A stretch of 64,000 nt of DNA from Geosiphon pyriformis uo1 (Eukaryota; Fungi; Glomeromycota): NCBI GenBank assembly GCA_016748015.1, contig JAAOMT010000575.1:1-64000 (forward strand). Reading direction: 5' to 3'. Shown piece by piece: positions 40,395 through 53,680 of the stretch. The notes under the pieces are model-generated. The model ran no database searches, was not told where the DNA came from, and saw nothing but the letters and a program-made list of their open reading frames with translations. Position numbers and translations under genes: made by a program. Position 1 is the stretch's first letter. Each line of letters begins with the position of its first letter.

Positions 40395-43300
40395 AAAAGT
40401 TTTTTATGAATGTTTTAATCCGAGCTTTGGGTTATGGAAAAAAGAGGTTAAGGGATTGAATTTTAGAAATTGTGAGAAAAAAAAATATATTTATGAAAAA
40501 TTAAGATAAATTCTAACTTGCATATATTTTTTGGATCATAAAATCAAAAAATTATCCTCTAAACTTTTTCAGTTCAAAAATTCCATAATATGTAGGGTTT
40601 TTTTTTTACCCAGTTTTTACATTAATTTTTGAACGGATTTTTTCAACCCAAAAAGACAAAACACTTTACATTTGCTATTAAAAGAGCATAAAAATTAGTT
40701 AATCAATATTGAAATCCAAGTTGGGAGGATTGGAATTCGATTCTCATTTCAAATTTGTGTGTTTTAATATAATATTATTAAATTTTTAATTAAAATAAAA
40801 TAACTTTAACTTTACTAATTAATGAACATAAAATTACTGTTACTCAAAGATGCAAATTAAGGTATGCTATTTATTCTATGACATTTTATGAATAAACCTT
40901 AAAAAGATTCTAAAACATTGTGAATTATTTCCAGTTCTTAATATGGCATCTATTTATTTTAATGAATCTTTGTTATTGTAAGACATATTTGTTTACACAA
41001 ATATTTTGAAAAATTCCTGTTTGAGATCTTGCATATTACATTAAATCAGGATTTTCATTAAACCCAAAAGAGAAATATTTTTAAAAACCAAATAAGATTC
41101 GACTAAAAAAAAATTTTTGAAAGAGTTTTACTAATAAATAATGTTGGGCTGGTTTAAATGCCTATTTGAGCATAAAATTAGTTTAATATTTCAGTAATCA
41201 TGGGCTTAACATAGCTTTTTTTTTTTAATTTAATAGTCTTTTTTTTAATAAATATTCTCAGTAATACACACTGAATTTTTGAAAGTTTCATTTCTAAATA
41301 ACTTCTTGCTTTATTGATAATCAATTTACAAAAGAATTGAGAAACCTGTTATTTTTTCCACAACTTTTTATGTAACGTAGTTGTGATTACTCTTAATAGA
41401 AACAATGGCGTATTGTAATACTAAGATGTGCTGATAATTTTTCAAAGTGAATATTGAAAAAATATCATTTTCATTCTACTTTCATGCTTTCTAAGGAGCC
41501 AAACTTAATACTTAATTTACTACTTTTATTTGAATGTGTAGTGGAAGGCTATTTAAAGACTGATTTGAAGATAAATAAATATGCTAAATTTAACATAGAA
41601 TAATTTCTATTTTAGATTTTAAAATTTCTGAAAACAAAAATATTAAAAAGATTAAAAAATTGGTAAGAGCAAAAAACTAATTCAAAAAATTATTTTGCAA
41701 ACAAAAAATAATTTTTTTAAAAAATGAACCAATTTTTCTTGATCACTTATTTTAATTATTACTTCTGGATTATTTGAAATATTTTTTATTTTATTTTATT
41801 TTAAGTACTAAGAGTTCTACATTGTCAACAATGAATTGAATTAAACGGTATATGAAATTGATTTAAAAGAAATTGATAGAATTTTCAGAATATATATGGT
41901 GTAGTAAGATGGAGCAATTACATTTTTATGTTATAATGTTGGTAATAAGAATTCATACCACTTCCTCAAGTTTAATTATAAAGACAAATTATTAGAAGTT
42001 TATTCTTTTAACTCTAATTATCTTTTAGTAGAATATTGTCATAGGTGTAAATAACTTTTCAAATTATTTTCATAGAATAGAACATTAATTCAAAGATTTT
42101 TATTAAATAACTCTTAAAGATCTGTTTGACAAAAAAGAATTTTTTGCATTTTTAATGTTTTAATGCTTTGTACAATGATATAAATCTAGATAAAGGTGTG
42201 ATAAGTGACCATCTACAGCTATAGTTAGTTAACAAAAAATATCCAGAAAGATAAAAATTTTCTTTGGATTAATGGACTAGATGATAATACAACAAAAATT
42301 GAGTAGACTATTTTTAATGTTCCATAAGTTTGTATGCAGTAAAAATAATATTTGAATATAAATCTCAATAAAATAATCATAAAAATTTATAACCTATTCC
42401 AATGAAATCATCAACCCAATACATGGTCCTAAAAAACTTAAAACAAAAAATAATTTTATCATTTTTTCACCTTTTAACACAATTGATAGAGGCTTTGGAT
42501 TAGGATATATTGTGGAATTTTATCTTGGTACAAACATAACATATGCTATGAGTTCAGTAATCTTGATAATTAATTTAATTATTCATTTTTATAGCATTTT
42601 GGTATGGCTCTATATTTAAACTACTTTTTTACCAGTTAAATGTGAATGGGCTTTGTCCAAATAAGTTTAGCTTTGAAAATGTAAAAGGCGTGACTTATTT
42701 TCAATATAATTTAGATTGATAATCTTTTGTTTGATTTCCATTTCCTTTTTAAGATCTGATGCACAGCAAGTAAAGAAATTAAAACGGTTATTATTTAATC
42801 GAGCTAATAATGATTATTTTTTCATTGATAATAATTTTATAAAAGATGCAAAGTATAATGAAGCCATCAGAAGAATTCTTTGAAATATTTTGTAATTTAA
42901 AACAGTTAAGACAAATATTTTAGTTTTTTGCTCTTTAAGAAATTTATTTTAAAGATTAATTATTCATTGATTCATTTTTTCTTCATTCATTTGTTCATTT
43001 GTTTGTTTGTTTGTTCATTTATTCATTTGTTTGTTCATTCATACATTTAGTTTGAATTGAACTCTTTATAATGACCTAAGTAATTTTATATAATTTATTT
43101 TCTAACTTGGGTAATTATATATTAGTGATTAGTTTTATTTCTTTGGATTAATTTTTTATTATTATGTTTTAACAAAATAAGATCCTTTCACTACTTTAGA
43201 TTTTTTATGATTTGTGCCAAAATTAAATTAAAATCAAAATCAAAATTAATAGTTTTATTTTTTTTTATATAGATACTAAACTTTAAAAACTTTTGAAAAT

Positions 43301-45129
43301 CAAAAAATTTATTTTTACTAAATTTTCTGTTTATTATTGAATTTAAATTAAAAGTAAAAATAAAAGTGAAATTGATAATTAAATTTTAAAAGTTTATAAC
43401 TTTTATGTAACTTGTAATTTAATCATAGTTATGAATTGTAATTCTATTTATTTATTTATTACATTAAATTTCGATTCAAAAAATAAAAATCAATACATAA
43501 GTTATAACAAGTATATTAATACTAAATTACAATTTAATTAAAATTATTAATGTTTAAAATTGCACATTTTTAATTTTAAATATTATTTTAAATAAGATAT
43601 ACAAGTTCTAATTTAAATTCTCATTATAAAATTAAAAAATATTTTATTTTTTTAAATTTGAAAAATAAATTCTTATCTTATTTATATTCAAAATTCAATT
43701 ATAAAATTTAAATGAAATAAATAAAAAATTTTGTTTTCTAATATATGCATTAATATCTTAGATTTTTGAATTTCTCTAAACAAAAAAATTGGTTTTTTTT
43801 ATTTTGCAATACTTAAAAAATTAACATTTTAATAATATAAATTTTTTAAATAAGAATTTATTAAACCAATAAATTATTTATATCAAAGGACTATTTTTTT
43901 GATGTTATAAAAAAAATTTTAATAAAGTTTTTGGTTATTAGTAAATATTACACAAAAAGGTTCAAAGTACAGAAATATAATTGGTATTGTATATATATAA
44001 TAAAAAAATAAAGAAATAAAATGCAATATTTATTTTAGTGAAAAAAAATTTAAATTAATTAAAAATAAAAAAATAAAATTTATACAATAATAATAATAAT
44101 AATAATAATCATGTTGTAAAAGATTTACAATATTACTTTTTTATTATTCAGTTTATTATTTGTTTATTTGTTTATTTGTTTATTTGTTTATTATGGTTTA
44201 AACACTTCGAAATCCAATCTGTTTTAAACAATGTAGCAATCATCTTAAAGCTTTTAATATTCAAATATATTAAATAAAAATTATAAATATCAAGTAATTA
44301 TAAAAACATAGCATTATTTAAAAAGCGAAAAATAAATTAATAAGTAATAATTAAAAATTTCGAAAATTTATTTTAAAGTAATATTTCTTTTAAATTTATA
44401 ATCCAATAAATTTTTGAAACCAGTTATTATGTCTATCTTGTTTTTGATAAAACATAGAGTTAACATATATTAAAAAATAAATATTCATTTGAAAAAATTG
44501 GAAAACCAATCTATTTTTCTTGAAATAAAATAAAAAATTAAAACTACATTAAAGAATAATACAATAACTTTTCTTAATTCATTTTATAAAAGTAAAATTT
44601 AATTTAATATTCAAATATTATTAATAAACTTTTTATTTTATAAAAATACAGGTATATAAAATTGCTTGACTTTTTTATATTATTATTATCAATTTTTAAA
44701 TTAGATTCAAAATTGATTTGAACTGAAAAGGATTTTTTGTCCTGATTCTTTTTGAATTCTACCTGATTTATTGTGACCTATAGTTGGGACAATAATTTAC
44801 ATGATCGAGATTTGGGTAAGAATTTCTAATGTTAGGTTAAGTCAACAAGCAAACAATGAAACATCAAACTCAAAAATAATATATTAATAATAAATGAAAT
44901 AAATTTGACATTATCATAATGATTATTGTTATTATAAATGGTGATGATCGAGAGTCGTTTAATAATGTTTTATAAAAATGATAAAAATTTTTATAACAAA
45001 ATCATAAAATTATCTATTCAACTTTTTTTATATCTTTAGGCAAATAGACAAATTCTTTTATTAAAAAATAAAAGTAAATTTTTGATATATCTGTATAATA
45101 ATTAAGTCAATAAATTAATCAATATAAAA

Positions 45130-45900
45130 ATAGATTAGACAATCTTTAAAAAAATTAACCATCTGTGCAGTTAAAAGACAATTTGTATAAACTGCTTCTG
45201 AATGAATGCGTGTTGGGGTTATTAATTCGTTTTTTACTATTTTTTTTACGTATTTCTCTGATTTTAAAAACTGGTTATATTTAATATTCACACTTTTATA
45301 CTCCGAATACAAGCTTTTAAGTCCCATTAACTCTTTTTAACTTGTTCAATAGCAAGACAATTCTCAGGATTAACATTCCAACACTCTACAATCATTTTAA
45401 TGATATAAAATAGAAAGGGAATTTTATGTCTTTGATCATTTAAAACATCTATTATAAGAAAGTGGTCATAAGAATAATCATGAAAAGAAGGCTTTTTTGT
45501 TGTTAATTCCTATAATAACATAGAAAAACTATAAATATTACCAGCTGATGTAAATTTTTCTCCTCTTAAAACTTTTGGTAAAATATATAAAATTACTTTA
45601 TATATTTTTTTTTCTGATCTTGCTTTTTTTGTTGTTTTTGTTATTGTTACTTTATGATTACTGGTTGATATAATCTAAGGTTTTTAATTCCTATACAATT
45701 AGTTTAATATTGTAAAATATTGTCTAAGTGTAAATTATCATATCAAAAAAATAAATTGAACAAAGTCTAAAAGCTATATTAAATGCAATATCTAATTTAT
45801 TAAACCAATTTTTTAAATGAAAATTTGTTAATAAATATTTTTACATGTCTTTATGTTTGACAAACTTTATTATAATTCCATATTTGAATGTTTTAGTATT
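45130..45900 (-). pseudogene. Degenerate protein kinase (tyrosine-kinase-like) remnant
   Basis: Decayed subdomains: YDNLHLDNIL (HRDLHSGNIL-like), KVLRGEKFTSAGNIYSFSMLL*ELTTKKPSF, and HDYSYDHFLIIDVLNDQR. Confidence 0.7.
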
Positions 45901-48512
45901 TCGTGTAATTTCATAAATTGTAAAAATATTGTTACTTAAATAGTTATTATTATTATTTACAATAACCCTTTGAATATTTAACTATAAAAAAATAAGTAGA
46001 TAATATACATAGAATAAAATAAATAATAATAAATAAATATAAATAGTTTTTTTTTATTTTTTAAGCATTTCTTCAGTTTTGTTGACATAATTTTTATTGC
46101 TACTTCTTTTTTTATTTCTTATTTTCTATATTTTATTAAATTATAATGTTTTATAGCATATTTATTAATTAATTTATTAATTAAAGTTGTCTTATAAATT
46201 CTATTTGACTTTTTTTAACAATTTTATTAATATTTAACAAACATTCTCATAGAAGTTATTGATAATAATAAAAATTAACCTCATAATTATTAGATCAATT
46301 ATGTAGAATATAAATTAAATTCTTAATTATTTTTTCAGCTATTTTATTGTTATTTGAAAAGTTATAATAAAGTTTTTTAAGAAATATAAAACAGCATACT
46401 TTACAGTTATTAAAATTATTATTTAAAATATTTTTTTAACAGAATAAATACAAGTTATAATTATGTATTTATAAATAAGTTTTTTTAATTTTTTATAATA
46501 TATAAATGTGAATAAAGTTTCAAATATAAATAGATTATAATTTGAAAAGAGCTTTTTTAAGTCTTTTATTAATTATATTTTAGAAAGTAAGTAATTTTTT
46601 AATAGCAGAGTTTTTATTTATGCTGTTTTTTTATGTTGTACAAATTATAAAATATTATTATTTATTAAAGACTTATTATTTACTACAAATTAATTAAATA
46701 AGTTTAACTATAAATAAATTGAGTAGTAATTATAATATATAAAGATATTAAACAAATTTTCTATTGTTTTATTATTTTTTTGTTTAAATATATATTTTTA
46801 AACAATAATAATAATAATAATAATAAATGATTTAAAGTTTATATAAATTATAAAAAATACATATTAAGACTCTAAATAAAATTAATATAAAGATTAAAAA
46901 CATGTAAAAATTAAGATGTAATTTGTAATTTTCTAAATATTAAAAAACTTATTTGTTAAAATAAAATATTTTTAAGATTATACTTAATAAAATTCTGTAA
47001 AAAAAGCATGAATAAGTTAAATTAGATAAAAAATCAAAAAATTATAAAACAATTTTAGAAAAAAAAATTAAATTTATTTATTAAAAACCACTAAAACAAA
47101 AACAAATTTGTATTTGTATTTGATAAATTATAATCTTTATTAAAAAAATTATTTTCAAAAAAAAATACATTATTTACGTATATTTGCTAAGCTTTATATT
47201 GTTTTTTTTAACAGTTTTTATTATATTTACTAATATTATTTTAAGTTTTTTTGACTTTATATTATTAATATTTTTGAATTCTTAGTTTAATTAAATTTAT
47301 ATTAAAATAAACTTTTCTATTATTTTATAATATAATTATGTTTAATTTATTTGCCAAAACAAATTCAAACTCGAATTAATTATTAAAATAATCTTTTTAA
47401 AATGTAACTTTAAACAGTAATCCTAAAATTAAAAATTTTTTAAGATTAACAAAACAAATATTTTTAAGTGATATAATCATATATATTTAATTTGAAAAAC
47501 CAATTTTGGTTTTTGCTTTTGCTGTTTTATCTTTTTTTATTTAATATAATTAAATATTGTATTGTTTTAAAACTAATTTTTGAATTTATAAAAATATGTG
47601 TTAATATTTTAAAAGATCTGTATTAAGTATTAATAATTTATTTATATAAATCAATACTTATTAAAAAAATTACTTAGCTTTTTATAAAATATATTATATA
47701 CTAAATATATAAAACTTTGTTATAATAGAAAATTAATTATCTATTTATTTTTAATAATTGCTTAGAATTATATTAATAAAAATAAAAAAATATTATTACA
47801 ATATTTCAAAAATTTAGAATATTTAATAGATTTATTTTATAATTAATTAAAATAAAAAAGTTTTTGCTATTTTTTTTAGACAAAAAACTATTACAATTAT
47901 ATTTAATTTTTTTTCAAGTTAATAGATAATTTATTTGTATTTATATATTTTATTTAACTTATATATATTTTAAACCAAACACAATTAAAAACTTTATTTA
48001 TTTGCTTTATCAAATAAAAGTTAATTTGATATTTTTAATTATGTTAAATTAAAATAAATCTAATCTTATATTATTTAAGTTAAGAATTAAGATTAAAAAA
48101 TATAATAAGTAGTTTCTATTAATTACAAATATATTTTTAAAGAAATATGTTTTTAAAAATAAAAAAACTTAATTTATATTTATATTTATATCTTTAATTA
48201 AATGTTTTAAAATCAAAATTATAATTACTTAATATTAAAAACTGGTTAAATTTAAACATAAAATTAAAAAATTAGAAAAACTTAAATATAAAAAATAATA
48301 TTTTTTATTTCTATTTAGATTAAAAAAGTCTGTATATTATTATTTAAATAAATAGAATAATAATAATATTAATGTATTAAAATAATTTTAGTAGACATAG
48401 TCTGATTTTGTAAATAAACTATATAGAAGAATATTAAGTTATTATTGTATTTAATACTATTGCTTGTATATTAAAAATAAAAATCACATAATTATTTTAC
48501 TTATTATAATGA

Positions 48513-49276
48513 TATTACAAGTGATTATTTCAGGTGTTAGAATAAATAACAAATCCATAACTTGGTGTTCGATTAATATATTAATGATGTTGGTAATCTA
48601 AAAGTTTTGGTTATCTGAAGATTTTTATGGTTGAGTTCTTTGTATAATAAACAGAGATTTAATGGTGGTTTTAGTAGCTTTCTGGAATTGCAATTTCATC
48701 AAATTTTTTTCTCAGTGTGGTGGCCAGTAATTTTTCTGGTAAGCTATCCTCAAATTTATGAATGTTCTATCTTTGTTTTGCAGGTCTTTTACCAGTTCCT
48801 ATAATGTTTATACTTTAGTGCTTAATTTTTAATCAATTAGTAAACAACAATAAAATCAAAGAAAGAAAATAAAGAAATAAAGAAATGAGCCAATGTAATT
48901 GCAAGTTAGTATTCCGTCAATAGTCATGATCAAGAACTATTGTTTCAGTATAGTTAAGTATTAATTACTATCAACATGAAGTATTGATAATAGAGAATAA
49001 ATTTGAAATAGTGAATAATTATTTATTAATTGAAAGGTTGCTTAGATTAAATCTAAATAGAGAAGTCTGTTTTTTCTACTTCTAATGCTACCACTATATA
49101 TATATAATTGAGATTTCTCAATTCTTTATACCAAAAATCCTGCAATTTCTGGAATCCTGCAATTCCTGGAATTCTGCAATTCTTTTGAAAGAAATCCTAG
49201 AATTTTATATTTACTATGCCTATTTCTGATTGGCTAATTTATATGCTAATATACTTCCTATATTTTATGAGTAACA
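48513..49276 (-). repeat. 3' LTR (~764 bp) with adjacent polypurine tract (49277-49291)
   Basis: Ends tattac...gtaaca (decayed TGTTAC/GTAACA) and aligns with the other two LTR copies. PPT AAAAGAAGAGAATAA on the minus strand. Confidence 0.88.
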
Positions 49277-49289
49277 TTATTCTCTTCTT

Positions 49290-49862
49290 TTAATATTGAG
49301 CTTCATCAAGATTTTTTAAATCTTCTAACTCTAATTCCCCATCTTTTAGTATTTTTTGAACTTTTTTTTCAAGAATTACTTGTGTTATCTTGTTCTGTAA
49401 TTCTTCAAATTGGGCATTAGTTATTTTTCCCATTTGGTTAACAGTAACAATATTCATTTCTGTATTAAGTAATATTTCTGGTTTGTCTTGAAATCTTATG
49501 TGTAGCTGATAAATGGCTTTTGCTTGTGTGGTTAAATTGTTTTTTTTCATAAATTGTTCTAGTTGTTATAGTATTGTTGTGTCAAATAATTGTTTTGTTT
49601 TATTAGTGTATAAATTTTAGATGTTCAAGTATTGTCCCAAATAGAAATAACAAAAGTTTCTTGAAAATTGTTGTATCTACCAATTCCAAGTTTCTATAGT
49701 CAACTCTTGATATTAGATGACTTTTGGTTGTGCTTCTATCACTAATTTCACTTTTGTAATTATTTTGTCAACAGTGTTTTCTGTTTTTCTCTGTACTTTA
49801 TTCCATGGTCTTTTTCTGGTGTTTGTGTATTTGATAATTTGTTGATTAATTGTGATCTTCAT
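49290..49862 (-). pseudogene. Extra 3' ORF of the retroelement (190 codons, 4 premature stops), function unknown
   Basis: One frame runs from ATG 49862 (MKITINQQIIKY...) to the stop abutting the PPT. The internal stops are TAA/TAG, each explainable by one or two transitions. Confidence 0.6.
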
Positions 49863-52800
49863 TTCTTGTTGTTAGATCAATTGAAAAAGTTGTTGTGTTA
49901 GCAAGTGAATGCTATTGGTGATTTCCATTTTTTTGAAGTCTTTTATTACGTCTACCATGTCTTTATATCCTCTTTTATTGTTTAATTTTATGTGTTTGGT
50001 TCAATAATTATGATTGGTTCCATATTGTATGAAATCTTATCTGGTTAGATTAGTATTTGTTATACTCCCAGTTGTGAAATATTATTGGTAGATGATGATA
50101 TTATATAATAATATAGTTTCAGTTAATTACTATGTGCTGTTTTGGCAAAGATTTTGTTGTCCTATCTTAATTTATAAGCTCTATTTTCTAGAATTTTTTC
50201 TATGTGAAATAATTCATCTTATTTGGAGTCAAATTTTCTACTCTATTGTTTTTCCACTTTGGTACAATATAAAAGTACTTTGTCTCCAATCTTGAATTCA
50301 ACTGGTTTATCTGGTAGTTGGTTATCATGTCATTTTTTTTGTTTTTTTTGTGACTTTTGGATATTATCAGTTACTCTTTGCCATTTGTTTTCTAGTGTTT
50401 CTATTAAGTCATATGTTTTTCTTAGTAATGTTTTTTGAAAATTGTTTTCTGTCATTGGTTCTGTTGGATATGTATTGACTTCTATCTCAACTGGTAGTAT
50501 TGCTGTTCTATCATATACTATTTTAAATGGTGTTGTTTGTATAGTGTTTTGCTTTATTGTCTGATAAGCAAATAATATTGATAGTATGAACAAATCCCAT
50601 TTGTTTTGGTTTTCTTGGCTGATTTTGGCAATTGCTTCACACAATGTTCTGTTGAATCTTTTAACCAAATCATTTGTTTGTGGATAATATAGTGATGATA
50701 ATGGTTTTTTGATTCCAAATCTTTGACTTAATTCCACTAATGTTCTGTTCACAAAATGAATTTCTTAATCTGATAGTAATTTTTTTGAACATTTATGTCA
50801 ATAAATTAAATCTTGATAAATGAATTCAGCAATGAATTCTGCATCTGCTCTTTGAATAGCTTTTATTTCTGGCCATTTAGTGAGATAATCTATGGCTACT
50901 GCAATATATCTGTTGTTTTTGCTAGTGATTGTTAATGGTTTAATTAAGTTAATTCTAATATAATCAAATAATTGTCTCATTTTAATTAGTCTCAATGTTT
51001 AACTGGGTTTTGTTTCTTCTCTTCTCTGACAAGCATCACAATTTTGAACATATTAGATGATATCTAGATATATTAATAACCAATAGTATCTTTTTCTGAT
51101 TTTTTTCATAGTTGCTTCTTTATAAAAATGTTCTGCTATTGGATTCGAATGCATATTAAATAATATTGTCTCTTTCTTTGGTTCTGTAATTACTCTGGTT
51201 GGTTAATCTGAATTCTTTCTATTTTTCTAATAAAATATATTTTGGTAAGTAATAAAATATTTGGATTGTTGTTTGATATGGTTTCGTTTTTTTGAAAATA
51301 ATTTTTTCTTAAACTGCTGATTATTTATATAGTACTAGAGTTGTTAATATTTTTGTGTATTCATTTTTTGTTATATTTTTGTTTTCGACTGTTTAGATTT
51401 GTTATATTTTTGTGTTGAAATGTTCTTAGATTTGTTTTATTCTTAATAAACTATTAGCATTTCTATTTTTTTTTCCTTTTTTGTAATATACTGTATAATT
51501 AAATGGTAAAAGTTTTATTTTCCATTTGGCATAATAATTATCTTCAAATTCTTGTTTCTGAATTGAAGTCAATTCTTTATGATTAATATATACATCAAAC
51601 TTTTGACTCAAATATTTTTTCCATTTGGTAATAGCCCAATAGATAGCTAAGTGTTTTAACACTGGAGTTTCATAGTTTTTTTCAGCTGGACTTAAGCTTT
51701 TGCTGGCATATACTACTAGATGTTTTTGTTCATCCAGTCCTTTCTGAAATAATACTGCTTCTAATACTTGATCTGATACATCTGTTGTAATTATAAATGG
51801 CTTATTATGATCTGGATAGATCAATACTAGAGCTTGAATAAGCTTTCTTTTTAATGTGTCAAAAGCTTCTTGCTGTATTTTTGTTCATTCATATTTAGTG
51901 TTTTTTGTTTAGAACTAGTGTAATGACTGTGCTATTTTGGAAAAGTCTTTGATAAAACAGCAATAGCAACCTATAAATTCCAAGAATACTCATAATTCAG
52001 TCAAGTTGATAAGTACTAGAAAGTTTTTAACTATTTTAATTTTGTCTGAATCTGTCTTGATTCTATCTTTGTTTATAATATGTTCCAAAAACTTGAGTTT
52101 TATTTTTCCAAAAAAACACTTAATTGTATTTAATTTTAATTTGGCCCTTCTTAGTCTTTCAAATACTTGTTGAAGATAGTGCAAATGATTATCAAATGTC
52201 TTGGAAAACACGTTGGTATTGTATAGATATATGACTACTAATTTCTATAGCAGTCTAGTATAAACAATTTCCATAAGTTGTTGAAATGTGGCAGGAGCAT
52301 TCATCAATCCAAATGGCATAACCTCAAATTCAAAATTTTCTTCTTATGTTGTAAAAGCCATTTTTTCTTTATCTTCTGGTTTCATGACTACTTGCCAGTA
52401 ACCACTGTTTAAGTCTAAAATTGAGAACCATTTTTTTCCTTCAAAAGCATTGAAAAGTTCTTGAATTTTTGGAGTTGGATAGGTATCTCTTTTTGGTACT
52501 CCATTAAGTTTTCAGTAGTCTACACAAAAGCATATTTTCCTATTTTTTTTATGGACTAGTACTACTAGTGACAATCATGGACTTATTAATGGTTGAATTA
52601 ACCCATTGTCTAGCATCTGATTAATTTTTTAATGAATAATCTTATGGCTGGCTGGTAATACTTGGTATGCTCTTTGTTTGATTGGTATTGCATCTTCAGT
52701 TTTGATCTAGTGCTAGATTATATTAGTTTTGCCAAATTTATTTTCACTTGTAAAAATGTCAGTGAAATTGTTAAATAATATTTTGAGTTGCATAAGTTGG

Positions 52801-53186
52801 AGTGAGTCTAAGTTTCTTAGATTCATTTTTTCTAATTGTTTTGGTTAGAGCAGATAACATTCTTCTTGTCTGTATATTGTTTGTGATGTGATATTGACAT
52901 ATCTACACAGTTGTAGAAAATTTAGAATGGTATTTGATGGTTGTTTTTCAACTTTAATACTTAAATATTTGATAATAATTCTGTTTAGTATCTTAATGAC
53001 ATTTCTCATGTTGTTATAAATGAGAATTTTAATGTGACTGTGGTTTTTGGCTGGTATGTGTAGATTGACTAATCCAATCTTTTCTGATTTATAAAGTGTT
53101 GCTTCTGCTTCAAAAATCTGAATCTGATCCTTTACTTTTCTCTCTATGGCTATCATGTACTGATCATATAGTGGAATAGAAATTGA

Positions 53187-53680
53187 TTAGTGGATAGAGA
53201 TAATTTCTTTCTTGTCAACAATCTCTTTTTTAGCAATATTAACTAGTACATCTATTCTACCCATAAATCTGAATCTCTGTATCCCTCTAGCTGTAATCCT
53301 TAATTTCTTCTTGTTTTTTACTGATACTAATTGAGCTATTTTAACCAGAGACAAGAATATTGCCTGTGCTATCTTTTTGTTTGGTTCTATAACATAGGTC
53401 TTTTCTGAATCATTTTGGAGCATTGCAATAATATTTCTTATATATTCTGTGTTAATTATTCCTCCTCTGATATTGATTTCTTTTTTTGCTAAATTGCTTC
53501 TAGATGTCAATTGAACCATTGTTGTTGTTAGAATTTCCAGAGCTATTTTGAGATCAATACAAGTGCATAAATATGGTTTTAATTTGATGGCATCTTTTCT
53601 GAGATATTTTAGATCAAATTTTGCATTGGTATTATATGTACATTCTGGCATAATACCTTCATCATTGTTACTGAACCATC
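53187..53680 (-). pseudogene. Trimeric dUTPase domain inside pol
   Basis: Five motifs in order, decayed: NAKFDL (AGxDL), SRSNLA (RSS/G), GGIINTEY (GxIDxxY), KKIAQAIF (RIAQ), RGIQRFRFMG (RGxxGFGSTG). Confidence 0.85.

Noticed and set aside
41900-42900. Coding-like decayed sequence
   Set aside because: Frames examined contain many stops and no family could be recognised.
46000-48500. Extremely AT-rich tract, probably an eroded repeat
   Set aside because: Too degenerate to assign to any element.
49290-49862. Calling the 3' ORF an env gene
   Set aside because: It is short and has no evident signal peptide or TM anchor.
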